DNA of 64,000 nucleotides, taken from the NCBI GenBank assembly GCA_963702095.1, contig OY969706.1, positions 2,176,001 through 2,240,000 of the forward strand, read 5' to 3'. This DNA comes from Candidatus Bathyarchaeota archaeon. GTDB taxonomy: Archaea > Thermoproteota > Bathyarchaeia > Bathyarchaeales > Bathycorpusculaceae. Below the pieces are notes generated by a model that had not been told where the DNA came from, did no database searches, and saw nothing but the letters and a program-made list of their open reading frames with translations. Positions 1 to 10,476 of this stretch are shown here, piece by piece (within the stretch, counting starts at the first letter, position 1; every line of letters begins with the position of its first letter). The position numbers and the translations under genes were made by a program.

Positions 1-1
1 T

Positions 2-1228
2 GAAAAAACCTTGAGTTCTCCTGTCAAGCTTAAAGCAACCTCGGTAGAGAACGCACTCTCAATTCTCATTCGCAATGAAGAAGAAAACGCAAAAAACCGA
101 ATTATCCAGTTAACAGCCCAAAAAGAAGAGTTTTTAGAACATTTTAGAACAAGCACCAAAGAAACAAGACTGGGAAATGGCGACCAATTCTCTTTAACTT
201 CAGAGAAGGCGGTTGCTCTCGGGAAAGCTGAATCTTTGATCGATGGAGCCCAAACTGAAATAAAATATATTTCCTCAAGAGAAAAACTCTTCCAATTTTT
301 AAAATATTACTCTAAATCATTAACGGATGCGGTTGAACGGGGGGTAAAATTCCGTTTTATTTCAGACCCACCCAAAACCAGTGATGAAATGCCCAAGGCA
401 ATCAATGATGTTTTCTCTTCTGGGAAATTGGTTTCGTTAAGATATGCCGAAAGCCTTCCAAACCATTTTCTAGTCGTCGATGATAATGAGGTTTTAATTG
501 CAACTTCAAAAGTTGGCTACTTAGCGGATAATCCTCTGTTGTGGTCCAACAATTCACCCCATGTTATGGTGTACAAAAAGTTGTTTGAGGAACTGTGGAA
601 TTCATCGGTTGAAAGCATTGCACTCAATATGGAGAATGAAACTGATAAACTCAACCGATTCATTAGTCAGATGAAACCCGGGCAACATGTTATTCTCCTC
701 TATGAAGCGATAGATGGCAAATTTAAGGTATTGCTGAACTACTGCAAATATGCGTTGAAAAAAGGTGAAGCAGTGGTTTATGTGTGTTCAGAATCGAGTG
801 TGGAAGAAGTTAAAGCTGCCATGCAAAAGTTCGGCATCAATGTAAAAGAAAATGAGGATAATGGCGCCCTTAAAGTATTAGATTACACCCAACACTACAT
901 AATTGATGGACACTTTAACGCAGATAACACACTAAAGCTGTGGAAAAGCTACTATGATGACTCCGTATCCAAAGGATTTAAAGGGCTAAGAGTAACCGGT
1001 GAAACAGCATGCTTCTTTAAGCATAACCTAGTCAAAGAACTGGTTGATTATGAAAAATCACTGCACAAGACTATTGAAATACCTATAATAGCCATATACG
1101 CTTACCATGTAACCACGCTGATGCACCCCGGTAATCAACTAAATGTTTACGGGGAACTTGTAAAGGCACATGGCAAGGTGCTGTTCACGTGGGTGGATAG
1201 AGAATTTGGGCGGATAGCCATCAGTTAA
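2..1228 (+). CDS. TrmB-family regulator (effector/PLD-like domain) fused to a C-terminal MEDS domain; 5' end lies outside the window
   Basis: Frame open from position 2 (EKTLSSPVKLKA, typical of the post-HTH region of TrmB). HFLVVDDNEVLI...LWSN...FEELW marks the TrmB C-domain. GQHVILLYE...GLRVTGE...EL(V)DYE marks MEDS. Confidence 0.8.
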   Translation, partial: EKTLSSPVKLKATSVENALSILIRNEEENAKNRIIQLTAQKEEFLEHFRTSTKETRLGNGDQFSLTSEKAVALGKAESLIDGAQTEIKYISSREKLFQFLKYYSKSLTDAVERGVKFRFISDPPKTSDEMPKAINDVFSSGKLVSLRYAESLPNHFLVVDDNEVLIATSKVGYLADNPLLWSNNSPHVMVYKKLFEELWNSSVESIALNMENETDKLNRFISQMKPGQHVILLYEAIDGKFKVLLNYCKYALKKGEAVVYVCSESSVEEVKAAMQKFGINVKENEDNGALKVLDYTQHYIIDGHFNADNTLKLWKSYYDDSVSKGFKGLRVTGETACFFKHNLVKELVDYEKSLHKTIEIPIIAIYAYHVTTLMHPGNQLNVYGELVKAHGKVLFTWVDREFGRIAIS

Positions 1229-1427
1229 AGTTGGCGTTAAGCTTTAATACCGTTTTTGTCTTTTCCTCGCCCCTGAAATACTTCTGTGAAACCCGACTAG
1301 CGGCAAAGCAATTAAGAAGGCTAATGGGTTCGGGGCGTCACCGGTTTGAGCAGCCAATCGCCCTCTGTAAGATAGCGTTTGTAGCTTTGATTCAGTCTCA
1401 TGCCGTTTTTTTGACATTTCGTTGGCT

Positions 1428-1667
1428 CTATACGTGGTTTATATACGCTTTATCGGTTGTCAGCTTCTTGTCTTCGAAAATACCGTAATTTTTAGGTGCT
1501 ATAAAAACGGAGTGGCCTTCACCCAAATTATGGATAATCATGTTGAAATCTATGACTGCGCTCTCCACTACCTCTACCGATTCATCTTTATCGCGTACAA
1601 CCAAGATTTTGAATAGCTTTCTGTTTTTAAGGGGAAAACTTTGAATAATTGATGAGGGTTTTCTCAT
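1428..1667 (-). CDS. Small hypothetical protein
   Basis: 79-aa ORF with a plausible globular core (LFKILVVRDKDESVEVVESAVIDF...HSVFI) in an otherwise empty intergenic region. Confidence 0.55.
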   Translation of the reverse strand: MRKPSSIIQSFPLKNRKLFKILVVRDKDESVEVVESAVIDFNMIIHNLGEGHSVFIAPKNYGIFEDKKLTTDKAYINHV

Positions 1668-1925
1668 TCTGCCTTTACTTTTTTGGCTAATTCCTATTGC
1701 TCTTTGCGTTTTTATACCTCCTTTCCTGACTTACTATTGGTAAGTTCTTGACTTAAACTCCTGTGACTGTAGACCTCACACAACAGCGCTGAATCGGTTC
1801 ACTAACAAAAGAATTTTGGGTGAAAAGGATATGTTCTCCCTTGCTCGCTTGAATAAGCTGGTGTTTTAGCTTTTTTTAGACAAGATTGATAAGGAAGTTA
1901 GATAAGCTCTTGAACAGGGCAGTTA

Positions 1926-4591
1926 ATGAGCAGTTTACCTTTCGATGCCACAACGTTTGAACACCTTAAGGACGTAGTCTTAGTCCTTGATGAATCTCTT
2001 AACATAGCATTTTTGAATGCATTTGCTGCTGACTTCTTTGAGACGAAACAAAAAGAGATCTTGGCGAAAAGGCGCATTTAATTTTCCAAGATGATTGGTT
2101 ATCGTCTGAACAAGAACAAACTGCGAAATCAGCCCTTATAGAGGATGGTTCATGGTCTGGCAACAGAGTATATGTTAAAAGAAATGGTAAACGAACTATA
2201 GCGTTTACAGCGATTACTATCATAAAAGATTCTTTAGGAAGACAGCGTGGTAGCATCCAAATAATTCACCCGCTCAAAGATGGTTCAGAGCAAGAATTGA
2301 TGGTAGGCAACGATGTGCTAAGCAAAAAAATGGATTTGCTTCTAGCCCCTAACATAGACATTGATAGGCAGCAATTGGCAAACCTGCTTGATGCTGAAGC
2401 GTTGCAGTCTATGATGGATGACCTTTACTCAGTAACAAAAACCGGTTTTGCAATAATAGACTTGAAAGGTAACGTTTTAGCTGCCGCAGGTTGGCAGGAT
2501 ATATGTACTAAATTCCATCGAGTTAACCCTATGACACTTTGGAACTGCTTGGAAAGCGACCTTGTGCTTACTGAAGGGGTTCGACCTGGAGAATTTAGGA
2601 CTTACAAGTGCAAGAATAACATGTGCGATATTGTTACACCTATTTTTATTGGAAAAAAACATGTCGGCAACCTTTTCTCCGGTCAATTCTTCTTTGACGA
2701 TGAAACGGTTGATAGGGAAGCATTCGCCAAGCAGGCAGAACTTTATGGCTTTGACAAGGCAGCTTATATGGAAGCGTTAGATAGGGTTCCACGTTGGAAC
2801 CGAGTCGTTGTACAAAATCTCATGCGGTTCTATTCTAAACTTTCAGGAATGATTTCGAAGCTAAGCTATACAAATCTAAAGTTATCTAAAACCTTAGTAG
2901 ACCAGCGACTAATTGAGCGAGAACTCAGAGACAGCCAGCATGATTTGAACCGAGCGCAGAGTGTTGCCAAAACTGGCAGTTGGCGTTTAAACATCCAGAG
3001 TAACCAGTTATTATGGTCTGATGAAACCTATCGCTTGTTCCAGGTTCCTAAGGGTACACCTCTCAACTATGAAAGCTTTCTAAAGTTCGTCCATCCGGAA
3101 GATAGGGAAATGGTGAACCGAGCATGGAAAGCTGCACTTCGTGGACAAGGCTATGACATAGAACATAGAATCCTCGTTGAAGACAAAATCTCTTGGGTAA
3201 GAGAGAAGGCTGAATTGGAGTTTGCGGAAGATGGATCGCTCGTATCTGGTTTCGGCACGGTCCAAGACATTTCAGAACGCAAGATAAATGAACATAAACT
3301 TCGGCGACTTAATCGCGCATTGAGGGCAATTAGTAATAGCAACCAAGTACTCATGCGGGCGACCGATGAAGCTGCATTTCTACAGCAGGGCTGCAGAATA
3401 ATTGTCGAAGATTGTGGCTACAAGCTTGTTTGGATCGGCTTTGCAGAAGAAAATGAGGAAAAAACTGTTAAGCCCATGGCATACGCTGGATTCGATCAAG
3501 GATATATTGACGCACTCAAAATATGCTGGGCAGATAACGAACGTGGAAGGGGACCAACGGGCAGAGCAATACGAACTGCAAAACCTCAAATATGCAATGA
3601 CTTGGAAAGTGACCCTACCTTTGCGCCTTGGCGAAAGGCGGCGCTTGAAAGAGGTTACGCTTCATCGATCGTGCTTCCGTTAATATCTGAGGGCAGAGCT
3701 TTTGGTGCACTAAACATATATTCACACCAGCAAAGCGCCTTTTCAGACGATGAAATTAAGCTACTTGTAGAATTAGCAAGCGATTTATCATATGGTATAA
3801 CGTTGCTTCGTACTCGTGCAGCCGCTAAGAAGACGCAGGCAGCTTTGCGTGACAGTGAAGAACGGTTCTCTAAAGCTTTTAGTGAAAACCCTGCTGCAGT
3901 AGCCATCACAAGGCTAATAGATGGGCGATACCTTGATGTCAATCAAAACTTTCTCGATCTTTTCGGTTATACGCGTGAGGAAGTGGTCGATCACACTTCG
4001 ACTGAATTAAATATTTTCGTTGATCCAGTCAGCCGTGAGGATTTCTTAGAAATTATAAACAAGAGTGGAAAGGTCCGCAACTTTGAGATGACATTTAGAA
4101 ATAAAAAAGGCATGAATATACCCACTTTGCTTTCGGTTGAAAAACTGGTGCTAAATGGTGAAGATCACATTATCAGTACATTAATCGATATTACCGAACG
4201 TAAAGGTGTAGAAAATGCGATAAGTAAAGCAAAAGAAGAGTGGGAACGCACCTTCGACGCTTTGCCGGACCTTATAGCTATAATCGACTACAATCACCGT
4301 GTTCTTAGAGTTAACAAAGCTATGGCAGAACACTTAGGGGTTAAACCTGAGTATTGCTTTGGACTGAAATGTTATCAATGCGTTCACGGTTGTAACTTGC
4401 CGCCAGAATTCTGTCCCCACACTAAAACCCTCCAAGATGGTGAACAGCACACAGCGGAAGTTCATGAGGAAAGACTTGGGGGTGACTTCCTTGTAACCAC
4501 AACACCCTTAAGAGACGGCGACGGCCGAATCTTCGCTTCCGTCCATGTCGCACGAGACATAAATAGACACAAGAACACGCCTAAAAAATAA
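1926..4591 (+). CDS. Multi-sensor protein PAS-PocR-PAS-GAF-PAS-PAS with no kinase output; N-terminal PAS split by a 1-nt frameshift at ~2063
   Basis: ATG 1926 gives MSSLPFDATTFEHLKDVVLVLDESLNIAFLN. Adding one G at ttggc continues LGEKAHLIFQ...in frame with ORF 2297-4591. PocR motif AAGWQDICTKFHR..CLESD..YKCKNNM..GQFF. GAF motif GRGPTGRAIRT..PWRKAAL..GALNIYS. Ends after the last PAS. Confidence 0.85.
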
Positions 4592-4678
4592 TCAAGGATG
4601 GCTCATTCGTCTGAGATTACTTTATGCTGGAAGAGGATACAGACACCGAGAAAACGACGATGCTTGTGCAGTCGTGAT

Positions 4679-4738
4679 TGGTTTAATTGCACCTTCCATT
4701 CTTCTCTTCCTTTTACTGGGTTTTAGACTCCAGCAAAC
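4679..4738 (+). repeat. R2 repeat, copy a (~60-bp degenerate direct repeat)
   Basis: tggtttaattgcaccttccattcttctc matches 15670-15697 at 24/28 positions; both copies end in gcaaac. Confidence 0.6.
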
Positions 4739-4978
4739 TCTACAACCTCAACAGGTTGCAGGGATTAAACCCGCAAAACTTTGAACAAATAGATAAGTCC
4801 GCTAAAGGTTGTATAGGTGGACCGAGCCTGATTTGGACGCAAGTCCGATTGCAGATTTCACTCGCAAATTCCATTTTTATTTTAGAACTAACGCAAAAGC
4901 TGAATAGGTACAAATGGTTCACCTTAAAACAATATAAATATTTTTTTATAGGCAAGGTATGATTAACTAGCGCTAACT

Positions 4979-6922
4979 ATGGAATCTGAATTGATTCTGC
5001 TGATACTGGCTTCGGCATTAATCCTAATAGATATAACCTTATCATCAGCATCCAAGCCTCCTTTCAAGCGGTTGAGCAAATACACAGTTGTTCTTAGTTC
5101 ACTTGCATTTATCCTAATTTTATCGTCTTACATTCACCTTCTCTTCGCTTTCGTCAACAATGATTTTTCTTTTTCAAGTGTCTACTCTTTTAGCTCCTCA
5201 AGCCTGCCGCTGCTATCGAAAGTTTATGCCAGCTGGGCTGGTGCAGGAGGTTCGATGCTTCTGTTATCACTCATCTTAAGCCTGTTCTACTTTGGCACCA
5301 AATTAGCAGTATATAGAAAAACCGAAAAACTCCAAACCATTTCCAGTCAGATCTTAGGGTTTGTTGTTCTGATATTTCTAATTGTTACTCTGCTAAGAAA
5401 CCCATTTGAACGTTTATCTGTAGCCGCAGTTGAAGGATTAGGACTCAATCCCCAACTTCAAAGCCCTTGGATGGCAATTCACCCTCCGATAGTTTTTTCA
5501 GCTTATGCATTTGTTGTATTAGCCTTCGCCTTAACACTTGCCAGCTTACGCACTAACCAAGACTTAGAAAAAAATAGCCTTTTTAAAATTTCCACCTATG
5601 CCTCATGGATCCTTCTAACTATCGGAATAGCGTTAGGAGGTGTGTGGGCGTATGCTGTTTTAGGCTGGGGAGGATACTGGGCGTGGGACCCAGTGGAAAC
5701 CGCTTCGCTGCTACCGTGGCTTATTTTGACCGCTTACTTCATATCAAAAACGATTTCTAAAAACAAGAATAGTTTGACACAGCAGTCGATGATTATGTTA
5801 ACTTTTGCTAGCTTAGTTTTCTTAAGTGCTCTGGCACGAGGCGGTTTAACTCAATCTGTACATTCGTATGCGGTGTCGGCGATTGGTCCAGTAATGCTTT
5901 CTTTTGGAGCGGTAATGATGGGTCTATTCGGTTTCTTCGCGAAAAGCAAAGCCAAGCCGTTTCTGAAACTCGAATTCAACCGTGCCTCCCTGATTTCGCG
6001 GTCATCCTACGTCGGCTTTTGGGCGTTAATCCTTATCTCGATCGTTTGCCTAATGGGGTTGGCTTTCAGTGATTTCCCATATAGTCTTCTAACTTACCCT
6101 TTTGTGCTGTTGTTTGTTGTTGCGCTCGTCGGTTTCAGTTTAGACGATAAAACGCATTACGCCCGGCAGTTCCTCATTGTAGTTGCCTCCCTTATTGTAG
6201 GGGTTGTCCTCTCGGTAGTCGGATTTGCCTCAGTGAATGTTTTGCTAACCTTAACAGTGCCCATTTTTGTTGCCGTCCTATCATTGTTACTCTACAGGAT
6301 TGCCAAAGATACTCGACGTAAATCGATTGTTTGGCAACGTCTCTTCGGTTTAGCCGTGATAATCATGTTGCTGGGCGTATTTTTCAGCGCAGGCGCTAAA
6401 ACATCGGCCACCCTCACAGACTTAAAACCTAACGTACCTACTACCGTTTTAGACGGCACCATTGAGGTTTCTAACATAAAAATCGTAAACGCTACTTCGC
6501 AAGTTTACAATAGCCAAGCCCAAAAAGTGATTCCCCAGTACTCCATGGTCACCGCCAATGTAATCATACACCAATCAGGAACCACCTATAGCGGAGAGGT
6601 TTCAGCCAGCTTCTATCCCAACTACGGCTTAGTGCTAAATCCTCTTATCATCAACACTGTCTCAGGCGATGTCTATGTACACTTGGAGGCCACAAAAGAA
6701 CTTTACAACATATTAACTGCTCAGCTAACAGGAAACAGCACTATACCTGAAACCATGACATTGAATGTACAGAGAATCCCTCTGGTTTATTTTGTTTGGG
6801 TAGGTGTTGTCTTGATGGTTGTTTCAATGGTTATCGAATGCATACACGACTTTCATCAAACTAGAAAGCAACAAAAACTGTTAACCAAAACTGATATGCA
6901 ACATATAATACAAGACGCCTAA
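4979..6922 (+). CDS. ccmF: Cytochrome c-type biogenesis protein CcmF (System I haem lyase)
   Basis: GLNPQLQSPWMAIHPP, WWD motif WAYAVLGWGGYWAWDPVE, SVHS; many TM helices; C-terminal extracellular domain plus PLVYFVWVG. Confidence 0.93.
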   Translation: MESELILLILASALILIDITLSSASKPPFKRLSKYTVVLSSLAFILILSSYIHLLFAFVNNDFSFSSVYSFSSSSLPLLSKVYASWAGAGGSMLLLSLILSLFYFGTKLAVYRKTEKLQTISSQILGFVVLIFLIVTLLRNPFERLSVAAVEGLGLNPQLQSPWMAIHPPIVFSAYAFVVLAFALTLASLRTNQDLEKNSLFKISTYASWILLTIGIALGGVWAYAVLGWGGYWAWDPVETASLLPWLILTAYFISKTISKNKNSLTQQSMIMLTFASLVFLSALARGGLTQSVHSYAVSAIGPVMLSFGAVMMGLFGFFAKSKAKPFLKLEFNRASLISRSSYVGFWALILISIVCLMGLAFSDFPYSLLTYPFVLLFVVALVGFSLDDKTHYARQFLIVVASLIVGVVLSVVGFASVNVLLTLTVPIFVAVLSLLLYRIAKDTRRKSIVWQRLFGLAVIIMLLGVFFSAGAKTSATLTDLKPNVPTTVLDGTIEVSNIKIVNATSQVYNSQAQKVIPQYSMVTANVIIHQSGTTYSGEVSASFYPNYGLVLNPLIINTVSGDVYVHLEATKELYNILTAQLTGNSTIPETMTLNVQRIPLVYFVWVGVVLMVVSMVIECIHDFHQTRKQQKLLTKTDMQHIIQDA

Positions 6923-7321
6923 AGCTAAAGCAAGAAGCCAAAACGCAAGAATTCGCCACATCAGCTTTTTTCTTGGAGCACAATATGTGGTGCTGCTTGA
7001 CTCGTTAATTGCCCAAATCCAAACTAACCCCACACCTAACAAAACCGAAACAACTCCAATCAAGCCATGTATAACGCCTGACAAAGCCACATAATTAAAA
7101 CTGAATAACGTTTCGGAAACGGCGGAAACAAAGGAGGGTCCCATATGGGCAATCACCAGCAATACGGTAATTATCATGACTACCATCATTGAGTTTCCAT
7201 GCCAAACCCACTTCTTTTTCCTCTCCAAATACAGGCTTAAACCCACTATGCATAGAGCCCCAACTAAAAGGGCTATGTTAACCTCTGCCATCCACTCGTG
7301 AACTATTTCGTAGGTAACCAT
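6881..7321 (-). CDS. DUF420-like four-TM membrane protein, divergent from ccoN
   Basis: 4 hydrophobic helices with His in KWVWHGNSM and VIHGLIG; adjacent to oxidase genes. Confidence 0.6.
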   Translation of the reverse strand: MVTYEIVHEWMAEVNIALLVGALCIVGLSLYLERKKKWVWHGNSMMVVMIITVLLVIAHMGPSFVSAVSETLFSFNYVALSGVIHGLIGVVSVLLGVGLVWIWAINESSSTTYCAPRKKLMWRILAFWLLALALGVLYYMLHISFG

Positions 7322-7441
7322 GTCTTTTTCGCTTGCCTAATAGGTATTTTTTGATTTAAAAGAATTTCATCTGTTTTTTAAAATAATTAAGCTTAAAAGG
7401 GATTGATCGGTTTAATAGTTTACTGGTTAGCAGTTTAGGGT

Positions 7442-8890
7442 TTGGCTATGGCGGCGGCAGAAAAGGAGAAGGGACCAGAAGGCGTTAGTAGCAAAGATTC
7501 TGTAGACTTAAAAACCGCTGATTCGGTGGCGAAATACTGGTGGTACTCGGCGCTTCTGTGGTTCCCAGTTTTCACAACCTTCGGCATGATTATGGCTATA
7601 AAATTCTTTTACCCAACTTTCATGGTTGACTCCGCTTGGGATACTTTTGGTCGCATAAGACCCGCGCATGTTAACGGTTTACTCTTTGGGTTCCTCTCTT
7701 CAGGTTTAATCGGCGCCATGTACTATGTAACGCCAAGACTAAGTCACGTATCTCTGTATAAGCCTATAATTGGGAAAATCTCAGCGGGTTTGTGGAACAT
7801 AGCGGTTTTATTGGGAGTACTTCTGATTTTAGGCGGTAATACCCAAGCAAGAGAATATGCTGAAATGCCCTGGGTGATCGACGTTTTAATTGTTGCGACC
7901 CTAATCTTGATAGGCATAACAATTGTCGGAACAATCATCAAACGTAAAGAACGCAGGCTCTACGTGAGCCTCTGGTTCTTTGCCGCTATTTTCCTCTGGT
8001 TCCCCATCGTTTACTTCATAGGGAATGTAATGTGGAACCCCCCATCAGGTGCTCTCTTTGGGCTAACTGACGCCATAGTTAACTGGTTCTATGGACACAA
8101 CGTTTTAGGCTTCTGGTTTACGCCATTTGGCTTAGCCCTGTGGTACTACTTTATTCCAAAATTATCAAAACGCGCCCTCTACAGCGTCACACTTTCGCTG
8201 ATCAGTTTCTTCGCTTTAGCTTTCTTCTACACAGGCGTCGGAGGACACCACTTGCTCCAATCCTCAATCCCTGAATGGCTAAAAACAATCGCAGTCGCCA
8301 CCAGCGGGTTAATGATGCTTTCAGTTTTGACCTTCGCTACAAACATCGGCATGACCCTTCGTGGCACATGGAAGGAAATCATGAGCAACGTGCCGCTTCG
8401 GTTCATAGTTTTTGGTTTCATATGTTATATTTTCGTCTCGATTCAGGGTACATTCCAAGCCCTCCGAGACATGAACATCTACCTACACTACTCACAGTGG
8501 ACAGTCATGCACTCACATTTGGCGCTGTACGCTTCGTTCGGGATCACCATAATGGGTATTATGTTTTGGGCAATCCCTAGAGTGACTCAAAAACCGCTTT
8601 ACAGCAAAAAACTCATGGATATAACTTGGTGGGTTTCACTGCTGGGCTTTGTAATCTTTATGTTAGGTATGATGCTTGCTGGTTTAGTAGCTAATGCCAA
8701 CTGGTTCACTCATCAAACAATCGCCCAAACGCTTCCAACGCTTGAACCCTATTTCATGGTTCGAGCCATCGGCGGAGGCATTGTAGTTGTTTCAGCGTTC
8801 TTATTCGCCATAAACATCATAATGACCATAATCTCCAAACAACACTCGCCGTCAGTGGTTGAGAACAAAACAGAGGTGAAGCAACCATGA
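7442..8890 (+). CDS. ccoN: cbb3-type (C-family) haem-copper oxygen reductase subunit I
   Basis: FGRIRPAHVN, REYAE (Ca site), WFYGHN, FFYTGVGGHHL (helix VII Tyr plus CuB His-His), WTVMHSH; 12-TM pattern. Confidence 0.93.
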   Translation: MAMAAAEKEKGPEGVSSKDSVDLKTADSVAKYWWYSALLWFPVFTTFGMIMAIKFFYPTFMVDSAWDTFGRIRPAHVNGLLFGFLSSGLIGAMYYVTPRLSHVSLYKPIIGKISAGLWNIAVLLGVLLILGGNTQAREYAEMPWVIDVLIVATLILIGITIVGTIIKRKERRLYVSLWFFAAIFLWFPIVYFIGNVMWNPPSGALFGLTDAIVNWFYGHNVLGFWFTPFGLALWYYFIPKLSKRALYSVTLSLISFFALAFFYTGVGGHHLLQSSIPEWLKTIAVATSGLMMLSVLTFATNIGMTLRGTWKEIMSNVPLRFIVFGFICYIFVSIQGTFQALRDMNIYLHYSQWTVMHSHLALYASFGITIMGIMFWAIPRVTQKPLYSKKLMDITWWVSLLGFVIFMLGMMLAGLVANANWFTHQTIAQTLPTLEPYFMVRAIGGGIVVVSAFLFAINIIMTIISKQHSPSVVENKTEVKQP

Positions 8891-10476
8891 CAGACTTAGA
8901 AAAGAAGCTTGAACAGCAACTAGAAAAAATCGAAAATGCAGCCGCCCAGCAAATTAAGACAATGAGTAAAAAAACCACGATACGAAACTTGTTTCCGATA
9001 GCAGCCGGGGGATTAGCGGTCTTTTTGCTTATGGTTAGCATGGTTGTGGTTGCACCCTACATGTTTCTACTTGATGTTCCAGCATCTGACACTGCCCATC
9101 CCTACACCACACAGGAACAGGAAGGTAGAACCCTTTTCATGAGTTTAGGCTGTTTTTACTGCCACTCACAACAGGTTAGAGCTGCTGATTGGGGTTTAGG
9201 TAACGTTTCACAAGAAGGCGATTATGTGTACGATAGCCCCCACGCTTTGGGCACAGAACGTACGGGACCCGATCTAGCTCAAATAGGGGGTATGCGACCG
9301 ACGATTTGGCATCACTTGCACGACCGAGACCCCCGAAGTGTTAGCCCCGGCTCGATCATGCCAAACTTTAACTTTTTAACAGACGAGCAAATTGATGCAC
9401 TAACCGCTTACATCCAGAATTTAGGTCAAGAAAATCTCCAAGTACAAGAGTCAATCACCAACGGTTCTTCCTACCACCCTGTTGTGCCAGAAAATTACTT
9501 TAACGTAACAAACCAATTTGCACCCATTTATTTAGATGTCTTATCAGAGTATGACGCTGGAAACGACGTCTTCAACGGAAACGCTTCAATTGCGGACCAA
9601 TGGGCTGCAATATACGACGTCGCCAAAGCAGACTACACTGCACGTTGCCTGCCCTGCCACGGTTGCTCGGGAAACGCTCAAGGACCCTACGCCCGCCATG
9701 TAGTCACTCAACCTGCTAACCTTCATGAACGCATAGCAACTTTCCCCGGTGATAATTACCATATTTGGCGAGTAACCGAAGGCGTTCCCGGAACGGCAAT
9801 GCCCGCATGGGGTTTAACACTTAACGATACAGCGATACAGATGATTGCCATCTACGAGATGAGTTTCGTTTTCGGCTCCGCAAGAACCATCGATGGCGGA
9901 ATCTCCGACGCAGAAGGCGACGCCTTCGCCCAATCGACCCTCAACTCGCCACCGATAGCTGGTACACAACAGGAGTTTCAAGCAGGAAACGACATCTTTA
10001 ATCTTTATTGTGCCCAATGCCACGGTATGGACGGGCAAGGCGATGGACCTGCATCTGGAGAAGTGCCTAGTGGGTACATAGTTCCGGTTCCGGCTAACTT
10101 TACAGAGTCAGGAAGCGACTTTCAAATGTATGGAAGATATGTATGGAAAGTAAAAGAGGGTGTTGAAACAACCAACATGCCCCCTTGGAAATACTCCTTA
10201 ACTGACGATGAAATCTACCAAGCAGTATTCTATGTCCAAAGTTTCTCTACCCCCCAAGACTACAACACCAAGTGGGGACCACAATACAGTGACCCATTTG
10301 CACAAAACCTAAAAATCAGCCAAACTGGAATAAGTGTCAATCCAGTTGCAGCTCTGATTCTGTTGGCTGCTCTTGTCTTGTGGGATAAAAAGTTCAACCA
10401 AGAAAAAATCAGGGTACAAAAGTGCCGCCAGAAAATGTTTGCAAACTCTTGTGGCTATAGGAGGTTTAGCTTTTGA
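8887..10476 (+). CDS. ccoO: cbb3 subunit II (CcoO) fused to two further class I cytochrome c domains (tri-haem)
   Basis: EGRTLF..GCFYCHSQQVR, GTERTGPDL, PRSVSPGSIMP (CcoO), then CLPCH...AMPAW and CAQCH...NMPPW; N- and C-terminal TM helices; ATGA overlap with ccoN. Confidence 0.9.
   Translation: MTDLEKKLEQQLEKIENAAAQQIKTMSKKTTIRNLFPIAAGGLAVFLLMVSMVVVAPYMFLLDVPASDTAHPYTTQEQEGRTLFMSLGCFYCHSQQVRAADWGLGNVSQEGDYVYDSPHALGTERTGPDLAQIGGMRPTIWHHLHDRDPRSVSPGSIMPNFNFLTDEQIDALTAYIQNLGQENLQVQESITNGSSYHPVVPENYFNVTNQFAPIYLDVLSEYDAGNDVFNGNASIADQWAAIYDVAKADYTARCLPCHGCSGNAQGPYARHVVTQPANLHERIATFPGDNYHIWRVTEGVPGTAMPAWGLTLNDTAIQMIAIYEMSFVFGSARTIDGGISDAEGDAFAQSTLNSPPIAGTQQEFQAGNDIFNLYCAQCHGMDGQGDGPASGEVPSGYIVPVPANFTESGSDFQMYGRYVWKVKEGVETTNMPPWKYSLTDDEIYQAVFYVQSFSTPQDYNTKWGPQYSDPFAQNLKISQTGISVNPVAALILLAALVLWDKKFNQEKIRVQKCRQKMFANSCGYRRFSF

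Noticed and set aside
7442-8890. Nitric oxide reductase (cNOR/qNOR) interpretation of the HCO subunit
   Set aside because: Has WFYGHN and the helix-VII Tyr, lacks the HLWVE Glu, and is flanked by ccoO and ccoS
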